Source of the DNA: Candidatus Obscuribacterales bacterium
GTDB taxonomy: Bacteria; Cyanobacteriota; Vampirovibrionia; Obscuribacterales; Obscuribacteraceae
Direction: 5' to 3'
Length of the DNA: 64,000 nucleotides
Assembly (NCBI GenBank): GCA_965228855.1
Contig: CBDDIJ010000003.1
Location: forward strand, 2,208,001-2,272,000
Shown: positions 46,311 through 55,374 of the stretch, piece by piece
How positions within the stretch are numbered: the stretch's first letter is position 1
Layout of the letters: the number at the start of each line of letters is the position of its first letter
Program-made: the position numbers and the translations under genes
The notes under the pieces: generated by a model
What the model was told of the DNA's origin: nothing
Databases searched by the model: none
Seen by the model: only the letters and a program-made list of their open reading frames with translations

Positions 46311-47844
46311 GGCGATTCGAAAGAATGCGGCGTTCGCGCTGGCGATGTCGTTTGTTATGTCTGGTACAGCGGCCTCGGCAGCGAATAGTGACGAAAAAAC
46401 GAATGAAAAAGCGTACAACGCGTCACTAGCAAATTTGACTGACCAAATTGGTTACCCGGGCTACCCCTGCCCCGCCGTTCAAGATTGGAAGACACGTTCA
46501 GACAAGAAACGACGGATCGCGCAAGCGGTTTCGCAGGAGAAGCCGAAGCTGCCTAAGCCGCTCATTCCAATCACAAAAGACTTCAAGTTGGAAAACGGCT
46601 TGCGCGTGATCGTTTCGGAAGACCACTCCGTGCCGGTCGCGTCTTTCGTACTTATATATGATGTCGGCGCCCGCGATGAGAAGAAAACGAAGTCGGGGTT
46701 CGCGCATCTGTTTGAGCACATGATGTTCGAGGGCTCTGACAACGTTCCGAAGGGAGCGTTCTTCAAACACGTACAAGCCTCCGGCGGTCAGCTTAACGCT
46801 TCTACCCATGCCGATTTCACGGACTACTATGAGAAATTGCCGAGCAATCAGATCGAACTCGCGTTCTGGCTTGAGTCCGACCGCATGCGCTCCTTGAAAG
46901 TTACCGAAGAGAATTTCAAAAACCAACTCGATACGGTTAAGGAAGAAAAACGTTTGCGCATCGACAATCAGCCGTACATGCCGGCGGCATTGAAGACGGA
47001 AGAAACTATCTTCGATAACTGGGCGAACGCTCACCCGGTAATTGGTTCGACCGAGGATCTAGAGGGTTCCACAGTTGCTGATGTGAAGCAGTTCTTCGAT
47101 ACCTACTATGCGCCCAACAACGCGACTATCGCTGTTGTCGGCGATGTGAAATCTGACGAAATCGAAGAATTAGCCAAGAAATATTTTGGTTCGATTCCAA
47201 GTCAGAAACCGCCTGAACGCCCTAATCTTGATGAGCCCAAACAAGAGAAAGCTAAGTATCTCAAGATTGAAGATAACCAGGCAAAGATGCCGGCGTTCTG
47301 GATGGCGTGGAAAGCGCCTCAACGCAGGGACAAAGATTCCTTTACGCTCAACATGATTCAGAGCATACTGACAGGCGGCGCCTCGTCGCGTCTCTATCAG
47401 CGTCTCGTGAAGGACGATCAGGTTGCTCTGAAGATCCAGAGCAGTTACGAAGAACGTCGCGGTCCCTCGGAATTCGACATCTTCTGCGTCCTGAAGAAGA
47501 GCGATGCGGAAACGGTTCGCAAGATAATTCTCGAAGAGATTCAAAAACTTAAAGACACACCGGTGTCAGCAAGTGAGCTGGAGAAAGCGAAGAATAAAAC
47601 ACTGGCTTCTTTCTTTTCCTCATCCAGCTATTCATCACTGCAGCGCAGCCTGGGACGCGGAGAGATTTTGGCTCAATATGCCAGCTTCTACGGTGACCCG
47701 ACGCTCGTCGATCAGGACGTTGAAGCTTATTTGAATGTCACCGCAGACGACGTTCAAGCACTCGCGAAGAAAATATTTACGCCTGAAGGCATCACGATTT
47801 GCGATGTAGTGCCAGGTTCGGCGAAACCGAAGGCAGAGGGTTAA
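46303..47844 (+). CDS. M16B zinc peptidase, catalytic subunit, with signal peptide
   Basis: LENGLRV, SGFAHLFEHMMF (HxxEH), NAST, EEKR and YYAPNNA. GAGGA precedes ATG 46303; 46288 is an alternative start. Confidence 0.93.
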   Translation: MIRAIRKNAAFALAMSFVMSGTAASAANSDEKTNEKAYNASLANLTDQIGYPGYPCPAVQDWKTRSDKKRRIAQAVSQEKPKLPKPLIPITKDFKLENGLRVIVSEDHSVPVASFVLIYDVGARDEKKTKSGFAHLFEHMMFEGSDNVPKGAFFKHVQASGGQLNASTHADFTDYYEKLPSNQIELAFWLESDRMRSLKVTEENFKNQLDTVKEEKRLRIDNQPYMPAALKTEETIFDNWANAHPVIGSTEDLEGSTVADVKQFFDTYYAPNNATIAVVGDVKSDEIEELAKKYFGSIPSQKPPERPNLDEPKQEKAKYLKIEDNQAKMPAFWMAWKAPQRRDKDSFTLNMIQSILTGGASSRLYQRLVKDDQVALKIQSSYEERRGPSEFDIFCVLKKSDAETVRKIILEEIQKLKDTPVSASELEKAKNKTLASFFSSSSYSSLQRSLGRGEILAQYASFYGDPTLVDQDVEAYLNVTADDVQALAKKIFTPEGITICDVVPGSAKPKAEG

Positions 47845-47849
47845 GAGTC

Positions 47850-49616
47850 ATGAGAAGAGAAACAAAGATGAATTCAATTTACGAAAGCATCAAAGCTGCC
47901 ACCACAACCGGTGTAGTCGCGGTGATGTTTATGACCACTACCGGCGGTTCCATCGCCTTTGCAGAAGATGCGAAGAAGCCGATGCCACCGGCACTGAAGG
48001 ACTCACCGGAGGCCGGCAGCTGCATGCCGGACATTAGCAAAGCGGAAGCTCTTCGGAACGCGGCAAAGTCAAAAGCGACAAAATCGGAAGCCGCAAAGTC
48101 CGGAGCATCTCAGTCAGCAGCATCTCAGTCAGCAACAGCCTCGCAAACAGCAACATCGAAGGAAGCAGCATCAGCAAAACGTTCGCAGAAGAAACTGCTT
48201 GCAGCAGTTGAAGAAAGCTGGCGGGCTAAACCGCCAACCCTTCCGGCGCCCAAAGAATTCAAAATGCCGGAAGTCAGAACATACAAACTCGACAACGGTC
48301 TGAAAGTTCAACTGGTCGTCGACCACCGCTTTCCTTACATCACGACATTTCTCGGGATGAAAACCGGCACCATTGCTGATGATCCGGAATCTCTGGGTGT
48401 CGCGGACATGACCGCCGACATGCTGAAAGAGGGAACCAAAACACTCAAGAGCAAACAGATTGCCGAAGAAGTGGATTTCATCGGTGGCTCACTGAATGCG
48501 ATATCAGACTACGATTTCACAATCGTCAGCAGCAGCGCGTTATCGAATTACACGGACAGAATGTTTTCGATCCTGCACGATGTTTTGTTCAATCCGAGCT
48601 TTCCTGAAGACGAATTGAAGCTCAAGAAAACCAACTGGATTCAAGAACTGACAATGAAGCGCAGCAATCCTGATTACCTTCTTGAGGAGCGTTTCCGCAA
48701 AGTCGTGTTCGGCAAACACCCTTATGGCGTCGTCTCACCAACGCCTGCCATGATTGAGAAAATCACCCAGGCGGATCTGCAAAAGTTCCACAAAGCCAAC
48801 TACATTCCAAACGATTCAACCTTGATTGTGCTGGGCGATATCGATGAAAAGAAAATCGATGAACAGATTAAGGCGACCTTCGGATCGTGGGAAAAAGGCG
48901 AGCGCAAATCAGGCGAATTGGCGGAGGCGGCGGTCAACAAAGAGCGTCGCGTCTATGTCGTCGACCGTCCCGGTTCCGTTCAAACGGCACTGATGATCGG
49001 CAACCTTGGAATCAAGAAAAAGGATCCCGACTATTTTGCAACACGCGTCATGAACCAGATCCTTGGTGGCAGCGCTCACTCGCGATTGTTCCTCAATATT
49101 CGCGAGCAGAAGGGATACACGTATGGCGCCTACAGCAGCATGCCCGCTCGCATCTATCCAGACGCGTTCTCTGCCGGAGCCTCTGTTCGTACAGAAGTGA
49201 CGGCGCCAGCGGTGAAAGAGTTTTTGTTTGAACTCGATCGCATTCGCGACTCAGCCGTCACCAAGGAAGAGATCGATGACGCGAAAGCGTATCTCGTCGG
49301 TCAATATCAGCTAGGTTTGGAGACACAAGCTGGTTTTGCACAACGTCTGCTCGAGGTCGATTTGTTCGACATGCCGGCTGACTATTTGGAAACCTTCACG
49401 AAGAAAATCATGGCTGTGGAAGCCGCTGATATTCAACGTGCAGCAAATCGCGTCATCCAATCGAAGGATCTGGTTATCACCGCAGTTGGTGACGCTGCGA
49501 AAATTAAGTCCGGTCTTGAAACTTATGGAAAGGTCGAACTTTACGATGCCAACGGCGAAATGACGACGATGGCAAATCCGACAAAGCCTGCCGATACAAA
49601 AACAATCGAGCAGTAA
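47850..49616 (+). CDS. M16B peptidase partner subunit lacking HxxEH
   Basis: LDNGLKV; the HxxEH position reads DMTAD; SRLFLNIREQKGYTYG carries the R/Y pair. There is an Ala/Ser/Lys low-complexity N-terminal linker. Start is 47850 or 47868. Confidence 0.9.
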   Translation: MRRETKMNSIYESIKAATTTGVVAVMFMTTTGGSIAFAEDAKKPMPPALKDSPEAGSCMPDISKAEALRNAAKSKATKSEAAKSGASQSAASQSATASQTATSKEAASAKRSQKKLLAAVEESWRAKPPTLPAPKEFKMPEVRTYKLDNGLKVQLVVDHRFPYITTFLGMKTGTIADDPESLGVADMTADMLKEGTKTLKSKQIAEEVDFIGGSLNAISDYDFTIVSSSALSNYTDRMFSILHDVLFNPSFPEDELKLKKTNWIQELTMKRSNPDYLLEERFRKVVFGKHPYGVVSPTPAMIEKITQADLQKFHKANYIPNDSTLIVLGDIDEKKIDEQIKATFGSWEKGERKSGELAEAAVNKERRVYVVDRPGSVQTALMIGNLGIKKKDPDYFATRVMNQILGGSAHSRLFLNIREQKGYTYGAYSSMPARIYPDAFSAGASVRTEVTAPAVKEFLFELDRIRDSAVTKEEIDDAKAYLVGQYQLGLETQAGFAQRLLEVDLFDMPADYLETFTKKIMAVEAADIQRAANRVIQSKDLVITAVGDAAKIKSGLETYGKVELYDANGEMTTMANPTKPADTKTIEQ

Positions 49617-49753
49617 TCAACCAATACTGAAGGTGTTAACACTTACAGCAAAAAATACGACCCGGAGCGGTGCGAAAGGATCGACTGCGTTTCACAACGA
49701 AAGTTACGGCGAATCCAATTTCACACCGCTCCTTCGCTTACATAGGAAACCAA

Positions 49754-51367
49754 TTGGCAGCTACCGATTTTGACACCGTCATACGGGGCGGCACTATATA
49801 CGATGGCGATGGAGGCGAACCTTTCATCGGAGATATCGCCATTAAGGGCGATACCATAGCAGGGCTCGGTCCCAAACTCACAGGTCGAGGCACCAGAGAG
49901 TTGGATGCTACGGGACTTGCTGTGGCGCCTGGTTTCATCAACATGCTGAGCTGGGCAAATGAAAGCCTGATTGCCGACGGACGTTCCATGAGCGACATCA
50001 AGCAGGGTGTCACTCTCGAGGTGATGGGCGAAGGAAGTTCCATGGGGCCCTGGAATGACGTGATGAAGCGTGAGCGCGTAGAGAACCAGGGTGATATCAA
50101 ATACGATATCGAATGGACAACTCTTCGCGAGTATCTCGACTTTCTAGAGCGCAAAGGAGTCTCGTGCAATGTGGCGTCGTTTGTCGGCGCCACGACAGTC
50201 CGCGTGAATGTTCTCGGACGCAACGATGTCGAGCCGACCGCCGACCAATTGGAAAACATGAAAAACTTCGTGCGCGAAGCCATGAAAGACGGCGCGCTGG
50301 GAGTGGCTTCGGCTCTGATCTATGCTCCCGCCTTCTACGCAAAAACAGAAGAACTCATCGCCCTGGCATCGGCAGCCGCCGAATACGGTGGCATGTACGC
50401 ATCACATCTCCGCAGCGAAGGAGACGCCTTCCTTGAGGCATTGGACGAATTCATAAGAATCGCAGAAACATCAGGCGCTCGCTCGGAAATTTATCACCTC
50501 AAAGTAGCCGGCAAAGCAAACTGGCCAAAAATGGAGCAAGCGCTAAATCGCATTGAAACCGCTCAAGAACTGGGTCTTCCAATTACAGCAGATATGTATA
50601 TGTACAGCGCGGCGCAAACGGGACTCGATGCTGCGATGCCACCATGGGTTCAAGAAGGCGGTTTGCGTGCCTGGATAGAACGCCTGCGACAACCGGAAGT
50701 TCGAGCCCGAGTCGTTGCCGAGATGGAAACAGCGACTGACAGCTGGGAAAACGGTTACCTGCACTCGGGTGCAGACGGTGCGCTCCTCGTCGGATTTAAA
50801 AAGCTCAAACAATATACGGGCAAAACCCTGGCACAAATTGCCACGGAGCGCGGGACTACGCCGGCGGAAACAGCAATCGATCTGGTAATCGAAGACGAAA
50901 GCCGGGTTGAAACTGTTTACTTCTGGATGTCCGAAGAAAACATCCGAAAGCAGCTCGTCAAGCCATGGTTCAGCATCGGCTCAGATGGTTCATCCCTCGC
51001 CACCGAAGGAGTTTTTCTAAATTCGAGCACTCATCCGCGAGCCTATGGGAATGTCGCGCGTTTCCTGGGGAAATATGTCAGAGACGAGAACTTGATGACT
51101 TTGCAAGAAGGCATCAGACGTCTGACGGTTTTACCAGCGACCAATTTAAGGCTTAATAACCGAGGCGCGCTCAAACTCGGCTGCTTTGCCGACGTGGTAG
51201 CTTTCAATCCCGAAGAAATTCAGGACAAGGCGACCTTCGAGAACCCTCATCAATACTCGCTCGGCATGCACCATGTTTTCGTCAACGGCACACAAGTTTT
51301 AAAAGATGGTGACCACACTGGAGCACTGCCAGGTCGAGTAGTTCTTGGTCCTGGCGCGAAGCATTAG
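49754..51367 (+). CDS. N-acyl-D-amino-acid deacylase (D-aminoacylase family amidohydrolase)
   Basis: IRGGTIYDGDG, APGFINMLSWA, QGVTLEVMGEG, SHLRSE, IYHLK, GSDG and HPRAYG. Probable TTG start at 49754 after AGGA. Confidence 0.9.
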   Translation: MAATDFDTVIRGGTIYDGDGGEPFIGDIAIKGDTIAGLGPKLTGRGTRELDATGLAVAPGFINMLSWANESLIADGRSMSDIKQGVTLEVMGEGSSMGPWNDVMKRERVENQGDIKYDIEWTTLREYLDFLERKGVSCNVASFVGATTVRVNVLGRNDVEPTADQLENMKNFVREAMKDGALGVASALIYAPAFYAKTEELIALASAAAEYGGMYASHLRSEGDAFLEALDEFIRIAETSGARSEIYHLKVAGKANWPKMEQALNRIETAQELGLPITADMYMYSAAQTGLDAAMPPWVQEGGLRAWIERLRQPEVRARVVAEMETATDSWENGYLHSGADGALLVGFKKLKQYTGKTLAQIATERGTTPAETAIDLVIEDESRVETVYFWMSEENIRKQLVKPWFSIGSDGSSLATEGVFLNSSTHPRAYGNVARFLGKYVRDENLMTLQEGIRRLTVLPATNLRLNNRGALKLGCFADVVAFNPEEIQDKATFENPHQYSLGMHHVFVNGTQVLKDGDHTGALPGRVVLGPGAKH

Positions 51368-51415
51368 TTCAGCTAAAGCAGAGAACAGCTAAAGCAAAGG
51401 AGCCAGCTACAGCAG
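51359..51415. repeat. Three 16-18-bp degenerate repeats beginning in the last codons of the D-aminoacylase gene
   Basis: aagcattagttcagcta / aagcagagaacagcta / aagcaaaggagccagcta. Confidence 0.55.
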
Positions 51416-51430
51416 AAAGAAAGAGCATCC

Positions 51431-51450
51431 GTGAGACCTAGCGGTCTCAC
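51431..51450. terminator. Hairpin between convergent genes
   Basis: gtgagacc-tagc-ggtctcac is a perfect 8-bp stem overlapping the TadE-like stop. Confidence 0.5.
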
Positions 51451-51884
51451 TCAGTCTGCGCGGTCTTCGGATTCTTGATTTGATAGGTGTAGGTTGACGT
51501 GAACACGACGCGATTGCTGTCCGGTTTCAAATTAAACGCAAGAAACGGCATCGGAACTGCGCAAACGGTTTGAGTCTGTAATTGTATGACCCGCACATCC
51601 GCAGCGATATCGTCTTTAAAGGCGGTGTATTGGGGATGACTGATGAACGCACCGCCGTACCCACAGTTGTCCATTCCATGCCGCGCGGCACCTTGAACTG
51701 CTTCAGTCGGTTTCCCTTCGAGAGCGGCTCCGGCAGCCAGCGCTATTGAATCACGGCAGACCTTATCATTGTATGTCTTAGCGAGATACAGGATACAGGT
51801 GTTGGTAGCAAGTAGAGACATAATTACGAGCAAGAGAACTGCTACACCAAGCTCGAAAAGACCGTGACCGGAAGGGTTGCGCAT
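51447..51884 (-). CDS. TadE-like/pseudopilin protein
   Basis: Short basic leader, G|HGLFE (Glu at +5) followed by a hydrophobic helix, AARxG motif and a Cys pair. Confidence 0.6.
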   Translation of the reverse strand: MRNPSGHGLFELGVAVLLLVIMSLLATNTCILYLAKTYNDKVCRDSIALAAGAALEGKPTEAVQGAARHGMDNCGYGGAFISHPQYTAFKDDIAADVRVIQLQTQTVCAVPMPFLAFNLKPDSNRVVFTSTYTYQIKNPKTAQTE

Positions 51885-51952
51885 AGATTCAACCTGAGGG
51901 GTTACAAAACTAGTTTACCCTTTTTTGGCGATCTTTTTATGCTCCAGACAAA

Positions 51953-52513
51953 CTAGCCGTTCAGATCCAACTCGGCGAGGAAAGGCAGTTCGCGATACTT
52001 TTCATCGTAATCGAGACCGTAGCCGATAACGAACAAATCATCAATCGTGAATCCGACATAGTCAGCATTGATATCGACGACTCGGCGAGACGGTTTATCG
52101 AGGAAACAAGCGAGTTTCAACGATGCCGGATGGAATTGACCTTCCAGATAATCCATGAAGAACTTGGCGGTTCTGCCTGAATCGATGATGTCTTCAACCA
52201 CCAGGATATGGCGATTGGAGATGTTCGGCAGGTCCAGATAAGGCGCTTGCACGTGCCCTGAACTCTCCGTTGCACTGCCATAACTCGACAGTCTCACGAA
52301 CTCCATCTGCAGTGGATCTTTGGTCTTCAATTGACGCACGAGATCGGCGAAGAAAACCAGAGCCCCCTTCATGACGCCGATTACAACGAGTTCTTCGACA
52401 TCCTTGTATTCGTCACTGATGGTTTTTCCAAGCTCGATTATTCGCTTCTGGATCTTGTCGGCACTGTACAATTCAGTGATTTTCGGTCCCGCAGTCTTCT
52501 CACCAGTAACCAT
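51953..52513 (-). CDS. hpt: Hypoxanthine phosphoribosyltransferase
   Basis: IGVMKGA, LSSYG, PRPP motif VVEDIIDSGRT and FVIGYGLDYDEKYRELP. Confidence 0.96.
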   Translation of the reverse strand: MVTGEKTAGPKITELYSADKIQKRIIELGKTISDEYKDVEELVVIGVMKGALVFFADLVRQLKTKDPLQMEFVRLSSYGSATESSGHVQAPYLDLPNISNRHILVVEDIIDSGRTAKFFMDYLEGQFHPASLKLACFLDKPSRRVVDINADYVGFTIDDLFVIGYGLDYDEKYRELPFLAELDLNG

Positions 52514-52685
52514 AGTTCCTCACCGCCCTTTTCGTAGGAAGTTGTAGATCCTAACAAAAACCACCGGCTGCGTACACGATGATTTGCGAGCTTTCATTGA
52601 AGATGACGAGCAAATGGGCTTTTCGGCAGATGAAATTGTTCACAATCGATTATTGATTAAACATTTGTCGCCGGTTTCACTGCAA

Positions 52686-54014
52686 CTATCGACGCAAACC
52701 GCTCAACTCGAGTGCATCCTGTTTGTTGAAGATTTGCCGTCCGCGCACGAAAGTAGCTTCGACTACCCGGTCGTCGCCCAGAAAGACCAGCGCAGACAAT
52801 ATCTCGTCGGTTGGTTTCGACAGGATGTCGTCGATAATTCCGGTTCGATGAGTCGGGTCGACAACCACAAAATCAGCTTCCTTCCCCTCATCCAGACTGC
52901 CAATCTTTTCTTCGAGACCCAGAGCAACTGCACCGCCAAGAGTGGCACGATACAGTAGCTCGCTGGGATAAAGCCACTCATCGGGCTGAATGTAGTTCGC
53001 ATCCTTCATAACGCAAAAGAGAGACATCTGCGGTCCGGCAGCGACATCGGAGCCGATGCCAAACCGAATCCCCTTCTTCTCGACACGACGGTAGCCGAAA
53101 ACCCCACTCTTCAAAAAGAAATTCGAGCTCGGGCAATGCGACAACGATGAATCGGTTTCCTTCAAGACATCAAGATCTTGGTCGTCCAGATGAATCGCGT
53201 GCGCGAGAATGTTATTTCTCGCGAGCAGACCATGCTGATGGTAAACCTCAACGTAAGTGCGAGCTTTCGGAAAGAGCTCCTTCACGAAATCAATTTCTTC
53301 ATGTGATTCGGCAAGATGAGTATGCATGTAAGTGCCAGGCTTCGAATGCCACAACTTTCCCGACTCAGACATCAATTCGCTGGTGGAGGTCACCGCAAAA
53401 CGCGGCGTGAAGGCGTACAGCAATCGACCGTCGTCATGTCCATGCCACTTTTCGCAGAGCTCCAACGAGCCCTGTAGACTGTCGCTCAAATTCTCAGTGA
53501 GCGCCGGAGGCGAATTGGTGTTCATCATCACCTTGCCCATAATGGCCCGACAACCGACACTATTTGCGACTTCAAAAGCTATATCGGTAGCCTGTTTGTG
53601 AATGGTGCTGAATACGACACCGAGTGTGGTGCCGTTTCGAACCATTTCGTCGAAAAACCAGGTAGCAATTTTCAAAGCATAGTTAGGGTCGGCGCAACGA
53701 GCTTCGGAAGGAAATACAAAGCGCTCCAACCACTTCATCAGATGCTCGCCGGACTTGCCGGTGACTGTGACCTGAGGAAGGTGTAGATGAGTATCAATAA
53801 GACCTGGCAAGATAATTTTGTCGCCAAAATTATGAATCTCTTTCAAGTTGCTGTGCCGGTCGAACTCCGCCCACAGTCCGCAAAAAACAATCTTGCCGCG
53901 ATCGTCTACAATGAGAACTCCGTCGCGAATGTCATTCAACTCACCGTTTATCTTCGGCGATATGACGTGACCTCGGTAGGCAGTCAGTTCCTTCGATTGA
54001 TTTACTGCATGCAT
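52686..54014 (-). CDS. guaD: Guanine deaminase
   Basis: PGLIDTHLHLPQ, WLERFVFPSE, NGTT, TPRFA, HTHLAES, HCPSSNFFLKSG, GSDVAAG and GDDR. Start is 54014 or 54074. Confidence 0.93.
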   Translation of the reverse strand: MHAVNQSKELTAYRGHVISPKINGELNDIRDGVLIVDDRGKIVFCGLWAEFDRHSNLKEIHNFGDKIILPGLIDTHLHLPQVTVTGKSGEHLMKWLERFVFPSEARCADPNYALKIATWFFDEMVRNGTTLGVVFSTIHKQATDIAFEVANSVGCRAIMGKVMMNTNSPPALTENLSDSLQGSLELCEKWHGHDDGRLLYAFTPRFAVTSTSELMSESGKLWHSKPGTYMHTHLAESHEEIDFVKELFPKARTYVEVYHQHGLLARNNILAHAIHLDDQDLDVLKETDSSLSHCPSSNFFLKSGVFGYRRVEKKGIRFGIGSDVAAGPQMSLFCVMKDANYIQPDEWLYPSELLYRATLGGAVALGLEEKIGSLDEGKEADFVVVDPTHRTGIIDDILSKPTDEILSALVFLGDDRVVEATFVRGRQIFNKQDALELSGLRR

Positions 54015-54153
54015 CTCAGAGAATCCAATCCATTTGCGCGCTCTCTCAGCAGCCGTTCTCAAGTAGATAACCATCTATGCAAAATACGGCAGCGATAAGA
54101 TTTTAAACCAAGTCGACTATTTTCACCTCTTTCTCCTCCGCGGCGACGCATTC

Positions 54154-55269
54154 ATGATGAAAAAAAAGCTCGAAATTGCTGACTGGTGCGATGTTCAGCG
54201 AGTTCTGAAAGAAACCTACGAAATCTGGTCGCCGGGTCTCAGCCGAGACCAGTACCATGAGTTTGTCGAAATGCAGATGTCTCATCCCTGGAGTAAGAGA
54301 AACTACTCTTACTTGATCCTGCGCGACAAAAGGAATTCGGCGACGCCTGCATCCAGTATGAAGTATTACAACCTCAAGTTTCAGAGTCATAGTAAACAAT
54401 ACAAATTTGCAGGCTTCGGAGCGATCTATACGCGAAAAGACTTGCGGGGCGAAGGCTACGCCACTGAGATGATCAAGCAGGCTCTCGACCGAGCCTGGTA
54501 CGACGGTTGTCACGGCGCGTTGCTTTTCTCCGATATTGGCGTTGATTATTACGCGCGCATCGGTTTCTTCGACTTGAATAATGAACGTTTCGTTCTGCAG
54601 CTCAATCCGGCGCATCAAGGCTCCGAAGTCCATGTCCCAATCGATTGGACCACAGAAGCACCTGATATCACAGGCGATACCACGGAGTGGAGCAGTTGTT
54701 ACCGCATTGAAAGCAACCTTATTCGTACGCGTTATCTCACGACCTCGCCCGGTCAACTCGAGTACATAGAGAGGCACTACAGGCGATGGCTGCGAAAACA
54801 ATCTTTCGGCGTCGCAAGAAGCAGAGATTACCTGCACTTCAAAATAATGCGCGAGAATTATCTGGCCAGGTTTTCCAGAACTTCCTGGCCGAAACTGGAA
54901 TTACTGACCGTCGATCACAGCTCGGCGTCAGGATATGCAATTCTCGAGTATGGCGGTCGCGTCTTGCGAATTCTCGAATTGGTTGGCGATGAAAATACAC
55001 GCCGCTTGCTCTGGAAGGGCGTGGTCGCCAGGGCGCGAGAACTCGAAGCAGTGCGGATAGCCGGGTGGGAAGCGATACTAGCTGACTTTGCGCCGGGTTT
55101 CTCCCTAAATCAGCTTGATTCAATCGACGCGTCACTCGCAAACAGTTTTCAATCCCTGATGTTTGCAGAAAAGAAAAAGGGGCGAGCTATGATTCTGCCG
55201 CTCAAAGATGACATCGAAGATTGGTTGACAGTGTGTCCTTGTCCCCTGCTTGAGATTGATCATTTATAG
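54154..55269 (-). other. Placeholder note: no minus-strand gene supported here; see the + strand CDS at the same coordinates
   Basis: The minus-strand ORFs (54103-54837, 54839-55141) lack recognisable motifs and overlap the + strand GNAT. Confidence 0.1.
54154..55269 (+). CDS. GNAT-family acetyltransferase (Eis/LYC1-like two-domain layout)
   Basis: GFGAIYTRKDLRGEGYATEMI (motif A), LLFSDIGVDYYARIGF, and a second degenerate GNAT-like half. Confidence 0.8.
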   Translation: MMKKKLEIADWCDVQRVLKETYEIWSPGLSRDQYHEFVEMQMSHPWSKRNYSYLILRDKRNSATPASSMKYYNLKFQSHSKQYKFAGFGAIYTRKDLRGEGYATEMIKQALDRAWYDGCHGALLFSDIGVDYYARIGFFDLNNERFVLQLNPAHQGSEVHVPIDWTTEAPDITGDTTEWSSCYRIESNLIRTRYLTTSPGQLEYIERHYRRWLRKQSFGVARSRDYLHFKIMRENYLARFSRTSWPKLELLTVDHSSASGYAILEYGGRVLRILELVGDENTRRLLWKGVVARARELEAVRIAGWEAILADFAPGFSLNQLDSIDASLANSFQSLMFAEKKKGRAMILPLKDDIEDWLTVCPCPLLEIDHL

Positions 55270-55374
55270 ATGCAGCTCGGTCGTTCGATTAGGTTTGCTG
55301 ATTTACCGACCGGGTCGGGTCGATTAGACTATACTCGTGTTAAACAGTTTTCCTAACAGCCTTTACCAAAGAAC

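Noticed and set aside
55279..55327. Short direct repeat ggtcg..tcgattag x2 upstream of the TPP gene
   Set aside because: Only two short imperfect copies; not distinguishable from chance by eye.
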